Made by a program: the position numbers and the translations under genes. This document shows, piece after piece, positions 39,641 through 54,400 of a stretch of 64,000 nucleotides of DNA; within the stretch, counting starts at the first letter, position 1, and every line of letters starts with the position of its first letter. Where the stretch lies: the NCBI GenBank assembly GCA_012295275.1, contig CM022665.1:26102001-26166000 (forward strand), given 5' to 3'. This DNA is from Chrysomallon squamiferum (lineage: Eukaryota; Animalia; Mollusca). A model generated the notes under the pieces. That model saw only the letters and a list, made by a program, of their open reading frames with translations. It was not told the origin of the DNA and made no database searches.

Positions 39641-42600
39641 ATGTAGAATTCATTTCAGGACCATTTATGCAAGTGTATCTACTTCCCAGGCCTTAACTGC
39701 AATAACGCTGATGTGCAATTTGTTATTAAATGCAAAAATAATTTGTAACAAAACATTTTTTAAATTTCTTAAAACTTTTGGTACATTCACACCATTTAAA
39801 TACCTTTGTTATTTTCTAAATTAGTCCATATTGACCTGAATATTTTTTAAGCTTTTGAATGGTATCTCATTACCTTTAATTTTATGGTTCCCAGATACTT
39901 AAAATATCTAAAAATGTCTTATATTGATTAGCCAATTTGCAAGGCTTTTAAAAGTCTTCAAAGTAGTAGCTTTTCTATGGAAAAACAATTTTATAAAATG
40001 TTCAAGATGTCTTACCAATCTCTACACGAAAAATTGGCTTTAAGTAAAACTGCAGTATATTAGAAAATGCATTGTGTATGTTTTGTGTGTGTGTGCATAA
40101 AATTTGTTTTCTTGCTTTAATAGATATCTACTTATTTTAGTCAGATTTTTGAAAATAGTTCTATATTTTTACAATTGTTTATTTTCTTAAAATTTAAATT
40201 TTATATGTATCATATACATACTGAAAATACCTAAGAGGACAGACTGTCATATACTGATAAAAATTATGAATTATAATCATAGCACATTTTAAAAATATAT
40301 ATTTCTGCACATTTTATTTTTCTTGTTTTAAAATAAAGAAAAATGTTAAATAGTTTTTACACAATATTATTTTGTAGCCAGATCTCTACCTCAGTTAATA
40401 ATAATGTATAAAAAGAAAACAATAAACTGAATCTTTGCATTGATGTTTGTTTTCCCATCTTTCTTTCACAGAGCAGTATAAAACAATTTATTTGTATATT
40501 TTATCATTAGAGATTAAAACATTGCAGCATACAGAGAGAACAGGAAACAGACACTAAGAAACATTATTTAGAGTATCCCATGGGTGATTTCTGACTTCAT
40601 AAGCTTCATTTTAATAGCTTGTTCATCTCTATATTGTGCTTAGTTCCAGAAATAGTCAGATACGGAGGGTTTCCTGTACCCAGGAAATAAATGTTCACAA
40701 AAGTGTATAAAACACAAGGAAGGATTAATATTTTCATTTTCACCACTGGATTAAAGAGATATATATAAAAATTTAAAAAAAAAATAAAAATTCAAAACTA
40801 AATTTTATTTTTACTCCACTATTGTTGACTAAAGCTCAATGTAAGGCCATGTGACTTAAGATGTGACAGGTTACATACATACGTTTTCATTTTACATATA
40901 CAGAACAAATATATTCTGTATAATTATTATAGGCACACTTTCACTTTTCATACACAAGTTCACTAAACTTTTTATCACCTCAATACATCAGTGCATTGTT
41001 TTCTTTTCAAACATTATTAGTAAAAGTAGACATCTAGATAATTAAACAATTTTGTGTAAAATGTATTTGTCTTTTCAGTTTCACCACTGTACATGTTTTT
41101 GTTTTGTTTAAATATATAAAATGTTTTATCACACTTTATTTTTTAACAAGGTTAGTGATATAGGTTTATAATCTTTAAACATTCCAGTTTTATATTTTAT
41201 CATAGCAGCGTATCTTATTTTTTATATGCACTAAATCAATCAAATTTTATTTGATTATATTAATAATTTTGTTCTATTTTATACAATTATTATTTTATTT
41301 TACAATCATAGCATATAATGTTCAAATCAATGAATAAATCAGTATTAAAATTATGAGAAATATTTTTTCATATTTGATTTTGCTTTGAAATAAAGATTAA
41401 CAGTAATAATAATGCAATGTGTATGTTTCTGATTTTACATGACATATTAATTTCTTATTCCACTTGAGGAAATAAACAACAGAAATATACCACAGGAAGA
41501 ACAGAAACAATGCAGCTCTCTGGTTTTTATAAATATTTAGTTACTTATATGTTGATCATAAATTGTACTAAAAAATTAACCAAACCTTATTGTTTCAACT
41601 GTTTTTATATTTACACAAAGATAAAGTAAAAATACTGACTTGATATGAACACACACTGTAATAATACATTTTGGGGTTTTGTAGTATTATTATTATTACT
41701 ATTATTATCCTGTAATAAACTTTTCAGCAAAATTTGCAAATACTGAAATCTATAGACCTGATAGTTAAGGTAAAAAATAAATATTAGATAAAAAATTTTT
41801 TTTTTAAATGTGTGTTGAAGCTTATAATAATGAATGTAGCCACAGTTCATAAAACAAACATACAGAATGGCCACAAAGTCAGTGTGCTTTTTACATGTTA
41901 AGAATATTTTAAACAATGTATTTAGTCAAATGTGTATCAGATGAATATCTAAAACATCTTTCAAAGCCAAATATTCATCTATCAACATGCAGTAGGTCTT
42001 AGAAGAATACCTCAAAACATTTTTGAAGATTAGAAGGGAGCAAACATATTGTTTCTATACACTGACTGATCACTGGAAATGTAAAAATAAAACCTTTGAT
42101 ACTGAAATTTTAACAGTCTGAAGGATTTTTAGAAATGAGTTTAGTTAATAAAGAACACAAACATGGATGTAATATCAAACATTTATTCTGTAAAACATAA
42201 ATTGCATATCAAAAAGACTATGAAATCATAAAAATAGCACCTATAATGAATACTGAAATATAATAAATACTATTGCAGGTTTTTGGCACTATGTATTAGA
42301 TTAAATGCATTCTTTGCAAAATCCAGTAATGTCGTCCATGTAAAACAGTTTTAATAATTCTTGATTATTAATGTATAAATGTAAATCACCAGTTCAAGAT
42401 TTGTGAGAAAAGAAACAACAAAAAAAAACATAGTTAGTTGATAGAATTAGTATTTTTTAAAATAGCTTTCAAAACGTAACACATAAATGGTAAAAAAACT
42501 GTTAATATTTATAGATTTGTTATAACAAAACTGTTTATCAATTTTCCCTGTAGTAATATGTTCAGCAGTTTTCATGATGATGGAGAAAATAACCCTGAAA

Positions 42601-45471
42601 AATGTCAGAAGTAACAAAACGTAATGAAAAAAGCCAAATATTTAAAACTTAATTTTTATGTTCAAACATATTTAATTTGAAAAACCATGACTAGATATTT
42701 TCAAAGTTATGACATCAATTTTTATAAAACCAAATATTTTTTAATTTTATAATTTTATAAGCTGATTCCAGATGAATTAATTTTCATTTACTTCATGAAA
42801 AATTTATTTTTCTGTTTTGAGAAAAGTTAATGAAATATTTATTTTTGTTTTCATCACATGATTCATTACATACCTTATTTTTCATATCACCTTAATTTGT
42901 TTTTGAGCTAATACCTGTAATACAACTTTTATACTTTTTATCATTAGTTATTTCCAATACATATTAATTCATTTCCAACACATCAAATAAAATAAATAAA
43001 TAAATGAAGCAATACATATTCTCATCATTCAAAGTTAATTTCAATTTAAAATCAAGTCTGTGCTGATTCAGACAGCATCATTCCTATTTTATTATCAAAT
43101 CATTATTATTTTCTGTTTGTTTGTTTCTTTATAATGCAGTTCACTTAACATTATGTCCACCATAAAATAAATTATAATAAAAATGTAACAAAATGATTAT
43201 CTTGAAAATATACCTGTGGCAGTATGAAAAAATTACCTAAATATATTTTTGAAGCATGGCTAATTGTCTTTTTTTTTATTAATATAATTTTATACACAAA
43301 CATTTTCAAAAATACCTGACAGAGTGATGATAAAAGCATTTTCCAATGATTTACTTGAGTTATCATGTATTTATTTTCACATTTCTGAAGATAAAATCAT
43401 CTCGTGAAAAATCAAGAAAATGGCAGTTCATATGTATTCCTTAACCTTGTTATTTTCTGTCATACTCTATTATTATCCAGAATAAAAAATAAAAATATCT
43501 TGGGATTGTACAAAAGATATTTAGATAATTTGTTAATATAAGAATAGGTAAAATTGTAACATTGTTTATTTTTCATTTTATCAAATTAATTTTTTAATAT
43601 TAATTTCTTTATTCTTCTATTTATCAGTTTGATTTTTGAAAAAAGTCATAATTATACTTCATCACAGGAAAAAAAAAATCAGCTAGACATCAACACTATT
43701 GTCTACATACAACAGAAAAAAAAAAGTTTAAAATTTATTATGATATTCAGTATATAAAGGCATAATACCAGTATTCACCTTATTGCTTCTTACACATAAA
43801 ACATGTAGAAACAATATTAAACTTATAACTACATCACATCACTGACAAAAACAATTTAACAACATCAGAAAAAGGTATATATATCAAAAAATTTAATCCT
43901 ATCAAGTATTTAAAAAAAAAAAAAAAACAAAAAAAAAAACCAATCTGAAAGAATATTGCACAGTAAAAAAAAAAAATTGATTCTATTTTATATAACACAA
44001 TAACAAGAAACAGCAATAAATGAAATGAAGAAATAAATAACTGCCTGAGTCAACATTAGCACAATAAAATATTCAAAATATTTTTTGGCATAGAAATAAT
44101 TGTACTTAAAGAATTAATAAATGGTAAAGACATTAACACATTTTTTTTTTTTTTTTTTTTTTTTGCAATACACTATTGCTATCAGAACTGCATTTTAAAA
44201 TAAAAATAATAACCTTGCTTATTGCTATTATATTTAAAGCTTCTAAGTTGGATAGATATTTCACTTATTTCACAATGTACACAGTTGCAGGAAAAAAACC
44301 TATTTACTACAGGTATTTATTTGACAAATATTCCTATATGATAACTCCATTTTTGTTTGAATGTTTATCATACATGCTTTGGCAATAACTTCACTACAAA
44401 TCTGTGAAATCCTTCAAAAAACAGTAACAACATAAATATAAATATTTAAAAATAATAACAGTATCTAAAAAATAGAATAAAAATAAAAAAAAAAAAAAAA
44501 AAATATCAAACCCTGTCAAGTGCACACAAAAATATAATAACATTAATTATAACAATTATATTAATGAATTACTACATATATACATGTATTTCAAAAAGCA
44601 AGTAAATATATTTCTAAACAGAAAAGTAAATGTATTACAAAACAGAAAATAAAAATAAATAGACAATCTATATAAATAAGTAATTAAATAAATATATAAA
44701 CAGTTTTTATCACATTTCAAAATATTTAAACTTTCTGGCCGCACACCAAACTGTAACAGCATTCAAAAATGTTTTTGATTAGTTGTAAATGTAAAACACT
44801 TGGTTAATGAAAGCAAAACATACCGGGTATTATTTCAATTCAGTAATTTTTAAAACAACTCTGAGGTGAATCATATCAATTAATGACTTATATTACCATG
44901 AAGACAAATCAATATTTGATATCTCTGTACTTCTGCTCAGAAATAAAGACCAAACAGACCAGAAGGATGACAGTGGAGAAAAACAGAAGCAGTTTTGGCA
45001 ATATCAACAGTTATGTGCACCAAGTGGAAAATATTAGTTACGTCTGGTAATAGTGGACAAAGACAATTTTTGTAATATGTTAATATCATAAAAACAATCC
45101 AAAAATAAGCAACAACAATTTAATCCTATGAGGATCAGATTATACATTTGTAAAGTGAAATACAAAACGTAAATTTACTTTTTTTCTGACATGATGCAAA
45201 AAATTAATTTCTTATCCACTCATTTATTTTCTTCTTATTTTTATCACTTTCTTGGTACCTGTTACCATAAAAGTTACCATAAAAGTCTGAAAACATTTAC
45301 TGTTCAAAGAACTTACAAATAAAAAAAATTAAAAATCCAAAAAACATTGTTTTTAGTGTCATAATGTTTTTCTTCTTCTTAAAATGCTAAAATAAGCATC
45401 TCCATTTAGAAAAAAGAGCCTTATCATTCTATAGATTCAATCTAATCTTTACACAAACATGTAACTTAACT

Positions 45472-48400
45472 CTAAACTTGAGATGTAGATTCCTCAATTA
45501 CATTTGACTGGTCTGGTTCTACTGACAGAACTATATCGTTTTCTGGAATTTGAGCAAGTCTTTCAGTGAGCCCTGAAGTAGAGGCCTCAGCACGAGGACC
45601 TGGTGAAGAACCCACCAAAGGCTGTTCTGAATCCCTGGGTTCGTCTCCACCAGAGGGAGCTGTCAGAGACTTCTTACGTCTCACAATCATAGCTATGATG
45701 GTGATAAGGACTACTACTGCAACAACAGCAAGCAGAATTCCAACAATCACTTCAGGTTTTATTTCTGGGCTTGGATTCGATTTTTCTGACACGATATCTG
45801 AAAACCTGAACCAATAACCAGAAATTTTTTATTTCTTTAATAAAATTACCTGTTACTAAACATAATTCATCATCTTTGAATAGCATATCATGGAAGTAAA
45901 TCATAAATATTAAATAATTATTGCAGAGAAGCACAAACCTCACTATTCAATAAGAAAATCATTTACAGTAAAAATGGCAAAACATATCTGGTGGTTTAAA
46001 TATAATTTAAACAGTAAAGGAAAATATAGTTCTTATTTAAAAAGTCAAATAAATAATGTAGATAAAGATTAAATTAAAATAAGGATGCCTTATTAATCTT
46101 CTTGATCCAACTGATCAATAATAACATTTCATTTTAAGATGCTTTTTTCTTAACTGAAATTTAGAAATGTATTTATATTCCTTGCAATTTTGTGAGAAAT
46201 ATTCAGTGATTAAAGATATAACAAAAAATAACAAAATATGTAAATAATATTTCTATCTACTAAAGTCTTACCAAGTTGAATACTTTATGGAGACACCCTG
46301 TAAATGAAAAGCTTTTGAGTGTCCAGAAACTGAGATGACCAGTGGTTTATTTTCAGATGTCAGTGCATCTTCCAACAAGTGGGAAGCTTTCTCTGCACTC
46401 GACTCTGTGAAACAAAAATTAAACAGAAATTACAAATTATTTAAATTTAAAAAAACAACAACTAACATTTAGATTTTATTATTTCACTTATTACTTGTAA
46501 TGAAATTGGGTGACTGTTTACCACAAACTTAAAATTTTGTAAAGGTTTAATAATAAAAAGATCCAAGACAAATATTTTAACTTCAATAATTTACTTTTCA
46601 TAATTGCTGTATGTGAGGGTGTGCATGCATGTATATATATTTCCACTTTTTCAATAGATACTATATATAGCATCTACTAAAAAAGTTAATTATCAATGAC
46701 ATTAAAATATTAGTCTTAGATCTTTTATTATTAAACTTTTTGACACATTTATTAACAGAATATACTAGAATTATCATAATGTAAAACTTCTTATACATGC
46801 TTATAAACTGAAATAATTAAAAACTTGCCATTTCTAATGGCTCCTGCTCCAGCAATAAGGAACGTCACAAAAGCTTGTCCTTCGTTAAAGTAACTGTCAA
46901 TGTTATGTATCCTGACAGCTGAAACATCTGACAATGTGACCACCAGCCCAACCACAGCTTTTTCAAATTTTGATTTCACACTTGTGCCCCATGACAGATG
47001 TTCATCATCACTTTTAAATGTCATCTCTATGGTAATATTTGAACTGTCATCTGCGATAAAATCAACATGGAATAACATATCTCTTTCTATATTCAGGTCA
47101 AGATTAAAAGTTACACATATGAATTAATTTATATGACCTTAAAACTGATTTATAAAAATTATAGACAGATGATGTCACACAGCTTAATGGATTAGGAATG
47201 ATTTACCACTCTAAATTTCTTTTTTTTTTTTTTTTTTTTTTTTTTTTATCGACTTAAAATTCTGATACATTTTAATTTGATTTTTTTATTAACCTTTTTT
47301 GCCTACAACCATAAATACATCAAACAACAAAATAGTTAAAAAGATTATTTTAACAAAACTCCCACTTATTACATGCCATTCCATATGATAATAATTATAC
47401 CTATCCTTTCAAAGTTAAAAGGATTAAATCCAGAAAGTTTACTGAAGATATGAATTCACAACCATTCTTACTGTAGAAAATACCAGTAATATTATAGAAA
47501 TATTCCTGACATAATATTGTTTATTTGAATCCATAGAAACAATCTACACTTACATTTTATTGTACTTGTGTATGTTGTCATGGTAACATGTGCCTCCAGC
47601 TGCCTGGAAAAAGAAACATCTCCCAGAATATCCAGATTATCCTTGCTGGAAAAACTGTTGAGATCTGAACAAATAATCTCAGGATTTTCTGGACAAAAAA
47701 TACCTCCTCTGTGTGAAGGGAACTGAAAAATGGAAAAATAATCCATTCATTACATTACTTTTTTTGAGGGGGGTAGAGAAGATATATGACATATTCATAT
47801 AAAAATAATAATTTAATTAACAATAAAAATAATACACACATGTACGCAGACACATACATTCAAAGACAAATTGGTTAAATATCTCTGTAAACAGGGTTAT
47901 TTATCACTGATTACTTTTTCATTTTAAACAAAATAAAAAATATATATATATTAAGAAATTAAATATGTCACCAATAGATTGTTTTGTAGTGTTCTCTTAC
48001 TTGAAGATAAGAACCAGCAGTACAATTGAGCCATGTAGAGTTATTTATCCTGATTTGTAATTCAGTTCCATTTAAACATCGATGTTCATAACATCTACCA
48101 GAGATATCCATCTCTCCTGAAGACTGGAAAAATATCAATTTAAACTCTTTTTATGCCATGCTTCATGACATTAACTTTCCTTTAAGTAATATTTTTGTAA
48201 CTTACATAACAATTTTTTAAATTTCTGATGGTATTTATGTTTTCTTTACATCTTTGTTTCTAACCATGAAATAAAACTGATTTGAAATAATTATAAAATT
48301 TATTTTGTCAGTTACTTTTATCAAAAAAATAAAATGTATTCTTCAAAATATAATAAAGGGTTGGGTTTTTTATTTTTTTACATATAATAATAATCATATG

Positions 48401-51400
48401 GATAAATAAATGGGTTACTTCAAACAGAAATATGATTAAAATTTAAGGAAAATGTCTACACACATGTGATGTAAGATTTGAGAGGAAACATCTGCTATGA
48501 GGTGACAAGACTTCAGCTGATGTATTTCCTGCACGTGTTTTCCCACTTGTAAAACACTGATCCTTAAAAAACACAGTCACATCAAATTAAAAGTCAACTG
48601 ATAATCTTCTAAAACAGAACAGATCTACAGACAGACTGGCTTAAAAAAACAAAAAAAAAACATGAGATAAATAATAAAATTATTTATTTAAACCTAATTT
48701 GTTTCAGATAAAGGTAATCTTATATAAAAAAATAACAATTTTAACCATTAATTCTTCTTCTTTTGTTCATTTATTTTTTTTAATTTTATTTTTAACAAGT
48801 GAACTGAAGCTGCTTTTTGTTGTTTTAGAGTGGTGGATAGTAAATGGGTTTTTAATTTTTTTTTAATGAATGTATCAATTATAAAAACAAAACTTACCCC
48901 TTCATTGGCCATCACTACCTTGCAAGGACTTAGATTGGAATCTGTACTACAAACTCCTCTGTCCAAATGAAGATAGTGGCAACCACTGGAACTGTAACAT
49001 TTGAAACTCAAATATAAAGGTTTAATTATATTTATAAACAATAAAGATTTTAAACTGTTACATTAAAACATTAAGTCAAAAACACGTCTGTGTTATTGGA
49101 TTTTTTTCAAGTAAGCTGATTCTAAGTTTGGTTTAATTTTTGAGGTCTTTATTTCACCTTTTCTTCTATGTACATGTTTAAAAAATGGCAAAGACTGTTT
49201 TACTGTTGTTTTTAATTCAATAATAATAAAATATTTTATAAATATATGTTAATCATAACAAAGTTTAAACACAATATCTCCTAAGAAAAAATAATATACA
49301 GTAACTTTAAAAAAAATAATAATATAATGATAATCACTGCCACATGAATGAAATATCACTGGCATGTTACATTATATAATTCATACACAAGTAAATCTAG
49401 TGTCTAAAATATTGGGTGGGAAAACTATGACAAAGAAAGAAATATATCATCAGCAAGTAGCATATGTGATCATCCCATCATAAGCTCAAAAATATACTTC
49501 ATTAGCACAATGAACCATCCCATTATAATAAGTGAACATTTTGTTCTTTTAATAAATAAAAAATGTTTTTTTTTAAATAAGGTTTACTAACCTGCCTGAA
49601 CAAAAGAAATTTGTCTGGATCATACAAAATTCTGTCAAACCAAACAAACAACCTGCATCTAAGAAACAAATAGGGTGAGAAATAATTATCATGAAAATAA
49701 ACATTCAACCAAAATCTTTTTTAGTAATTTCTAGTTTATCATGTTAACTAATTAAAACAGAAGTAAGGAAACAGATCTTTCTACTGGTAAAGAGAAATAA
49801 AAAATGTACCCAGTTGCAAATTAAGTATCACAGAAACTGTATGAAAACCGCCAAAACAATCATTACAAAATCAGTGTGAAAAAGCTGTTACTTTTCCACA
49901 AACAAAAAACAAAAAAAAATGTTTTGTATAATATATTCTTGAGTTGGACCGGACATTTTCAGAAAAATAACCAAATATAAGACCAATAGTCAGTAACAAT
50001 AATATTTTTATTTACCTTTCCCCCATAAATAATTATCAGCTTGAGAGTAATTCACTTTGTACCAGCCAGTGTCTTCAAAAACAGCTAAAGTGATAGGATC
50101 TATGAAAGTCAAGTGAGGCTGCAATAAAATAAGAAACTCAAAAGAGCTTGTAAAACACAATACAAAATGATATCACAGGTATATGTTTGACTGGTTAACT
50201 GGTAATGTGAATAAATAAAAAAATAATAAAAAAAGACAAAGGCAATTCAGAATATTTAATATTTGACTAAGAGGAAAGCCATGTTTAATCCAGACTACTT
50301 TTCCTGTTCTTTAGACTTTTTTTTTTGGTATCATTTTTACTTTTGTATCATTATTGTAAATCTATTCCAAATAATTAAATCTGAAAATATTGTAATTAGA
50401 ATGTATTATGAATAAATTATAAACTGATAAACAGATGGATCAACAAACAAATGAAGATTTAATATAACTGAGATATCAATCCTTAAAGAATATGAAAAAT
50501 AAAAACAGTTTATTCTATCCAAATTTTATTGTTAACAAGAATGTGTGTTTGTGTGTAGACAAACTACCGATGAACACTTACCAAATCATTTTTGGTTGTC
50601 ATTAATGAGCCTTGCATGAATTTAGAATCCCAGTGTGAAGAGACAGGTGCCTCCTAAAATACATTAATTTTAAAAAACATTTTAACTAACATGCCATCTG
50701 TAAAATATGCACTAAATTATACAACTTAGATAAACAATACAACATTAAATTATTATTGAAAATTCAGCTGCTTTTTTTTTTTTAGTTTAAAATAAATATT
50801 TTTCATGTAATGATACATCTTGTCATTCATTTATTAATAAATATCCAAGTACTAGGGGTTCTTATTAAAATACATTTTTCAATGAAATTTTTTATTTAAT
50901 CTGGTACACAGAGATTTTTAACATTTCTGACAAATAGAAGATTTGTTTACACTTGTGTCAATAGGTCCACCATAGCCATCATCAGAGAAACATCCGAAAT
51001 GATCTTGAGTTTTTTCTACCACTGCTGGTGTTGCCAATCTCAGTACCTCATCAACTTCACGCAGTGGTTGTGGATGTTTAGTGCACATTGTTCCTGTCAA
51101 CATCACCATAACAACAACATCCAAAATAAGAAATGTGCTCAACAAATTCATAATAAAACACACTTGAGATGCAGTGCTACATGAAATACAATGATACACT
51201 AACATTAATACAGTAAAATACAGTAAAATTAATCTTGAAAATATTTTTATAAACCTATGCAGGTACTGCCTCACTGACTATGAAAGATTCAAAGCAGCAA
51301 GGAATGAAAGATACGTTTTATTTAATGATGTACCCAATAAATGTACAGTAAAATGTCATACATACAGCAAAAGACCAAACTAATAATGAGTAATGAAAAT

Positions 51401-54400
51401 CTCATAGTCTTCAATAAAATAGCCATTGTTATTGAAAAAGACTTAAATATTTATATGAATAATTTTTTCAGTTATTAATCCACCTCTACTTATCTCTCTC
51501 ACACATACCTGTTTCTGAACAAGCTTTGTATTTGGAAAAGAGTCTCTTTGAAAATCCTAATGCATGAAACATTTCATGCAAAGCAGCCTGCAGAAATTAA
51601 AAAAGATTTTACACTTCTGTATTATACTTTAATAGATATTAAACAGATATTAAATAGATATAGAAGATATTTTTATAAATTTTTTTTAAAAGTATTAAAT
51701 AGATTTCTGAAGTGAAAGATGATAAATAATTATTTTTAAGTAAATAAATTCTTTTGAGTATTTGCATTTTTTATTATTGTTGTTATTTTTGAAGATAACT
51801 GTTCTTGTTCTAAATTAATGAAAGATATCAAAGGAATTCAATGTTGTATTTACTTATTTTAAATACCAATTCAACACTATACAGCTTAAAAAGAAATAAA
51901 GGTAATAATAAACTCACAATATAAGATTTTTCTTTGTGGAAATATTTTGATTTAAGCAGGAGAGGACAAAAGTTGACCCGGCCTGCAATTGGTCTGTCCA
52001 TTTGATCCAGCTGACAGTATGAGGCATAGGCAATCACTGAGGTTTTCTGAAAATAAATAAAGTACAATGTAACAACAGAAAAAAAAAAATTATGTGACAC
52101 TGATTTTTTCAATTTTTATTTTTCTTTAAATTAATTAAACAATATTATCAAATACAAACAAACAAAGATCTGAGAGTGTTCTTTATTATTTCTGTGTTCA
52201 GAAGAGATGTGGAGCAAAGTAGGATTTCTAAATGAAATAAATACAGATTGGTTAATTAGACTGTATTTGTTGTGATTCATACAAACACTAGAAACAGCCT
52301 AAATATATTTTATCAGCTTCCTTGTGTTTGTTTTCTTTGCTCTTTTCATCAACGTTTGGTAATAATAAAGTATAATAACAATTATAGTAAATATATGCAG
52401 ACATATTTGCTGCCATTTTTCCTTTTCATTGCAACTCATTTAAAAACATCATTCATTTTCTCAAATTTGATATATTACAAGTACATTTTATTATTAACAA
52501 ACATTAGTGGGTCCTAAAAAAAACAAAAAATTGGAAGTATCCAAAATGTATTTTGCCTTTCTTCATACCATCAGTGTTATGCTAATAGAATAAGGTTTAG
52601 CACTTTAGATTGCCACTTATGGGACTAGTCAGAATAAGTAACAGAAAGCAAACAGGTACTTTCTTTTACATGTACCACAAATCATGGGTGAAATTAAAAT
52701 CCAGAAAAATTTATTCCAAGAGGAGTCAAGAACAGAACAAATATTTTTTAAAAAACCCATTGAATTATAAATCAATAAATAAAATTTGATCTAGAAACTG
52801 AGTATGGTGGCAGGCAATATGGAATCTATGAAATAAATTTTAAAAAGTCAAAATCAAACTTACTCCTTCAAGACAGTTGTGTGTTGTTTGTGAGGTTACG
52901 TAAAGTATGAAATCAGCATCACTTATACCTTCTCCATCTATTATTGCATATTTAGTTGGTTTAGGATTGTACTTGTCATACAGCAACTGGCCTTCTAAAT
53001 GTGCATCTGGAAGCTATTGAAAGAAAAAAAAAAAGCATAAGTAAAATTCAACTTTAGTAAGCCAAATTCATTTTTTAAGTATAACTTTGTTAATGTACTA
53101 CATTCCTAGATTGAAGCACATATTTCTGAATGTCTTAAAATTATTTTGAAGGTTTCATGGGAAGCAGTAATTGTTTTAATTTGTCATTAAACAGAAATAT
53201 AACTGTATGGGTCAACTTCTAAATGTTTAAATAAAGTAACTGACAAATGTGTTTCTGCTATGCATTTAGTAGAGAATGCTTAAAATTTGAACTTCTGAAG
53301 ATTCAGTAAATGAAGTAAAAATACTCTTAACTAAGACCAGTTATATATCTGCTTGTTCCATAATAGCTAAATAAATTTATATTGTTAACAAGCATTAATT
53401 TCACTTACTTTAAAATTATCCAAGCAATATTCTCCTCTGTAACCCTTTTTGATTCTGGAACATCTGGGTAAAAAATAGAAAAATTAAAATTAAAATGCCA
53501 TTAAAATCATTAGCAATCAAAACTCTTAAGTAATCTGCTTAAGAAAAATATATGGAGAATGACAATAAAATAATTTGTTTCACCTTTTCTTAAATTCTCT
53601 TGAAACAAATTATTTACATAACAGTTCTGTGTATTTCATAAAGATAATAAATTACAAAAATGATTCCAAACTTCACAAACATATTAATATTAGTAATTGT
53701 TTCTGATTCTTACTTTCCCTTATTTATTCCTGATGACCATTGTGAATGACAAGCTGATCGTTTCAGAACCAGTGGACCCTGAACAGGAATGACTAAAACA
53801 AAAGAACCAAATCCAGAAATTTAATGTTCTTAAAATATGATAGAAAAACAATACACAAACAATTTATACTTGTACACACTGAGGTAACTATTAAAAGGAT
53901 TACCTGTAACAGAATCAATGAATATGTAATAACGTCCTAGCACAAAAAGTACTTTGGCTGCTGGGTAAAAGATTTAAAATACATACATTAATCTGAACTA
54001 AACAAATTAAACTTAGATAATAATATATTACTACTTTTATTTTGTAATGAATTTTTTTTTTTAAATATTACTTGAAATGCATGAACATTACATATGAATA
54101 TATGAATGTTGTGCAATGTATTATTTTTCTCTCTTCTTTCTTTTTATATATATATTCAAATACATTCTACCTCGAGTGATTTTAATTGTTTATATATACA
54201 TATATATTTCTATCTAAATATTTAATTTATCTGTTATATATTTCTGCATTTACCTGAAAACAATTTACTTATTTTCTTTACAGCTCTAGCAATGATCTTT
54301 TTCAATGCAATTTTTTCTTTTTCTGTAAGTTCAATGCCAAAGTGATATTGTGGACTAATTCTGATTGCTTGGAATGAACGTTCAAAAGTCAAATTTGTGT

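Noticed and set aside
39700-45471. AATAAA/TTTATT clusters suggesting that long convergent 3' UTRs meet near 40.3-40.5 kb
   Set aside because: AATAAA is frequent by chance at this AT content, so 3' ends cannot be placed without transcript data. The same applies at 61.6-61.7 kb.
45566-47127. Plus-strand ORFs 45566-45817 and 46900-47127
   Set aside because: They are antisense shadows of the protease's real exons.
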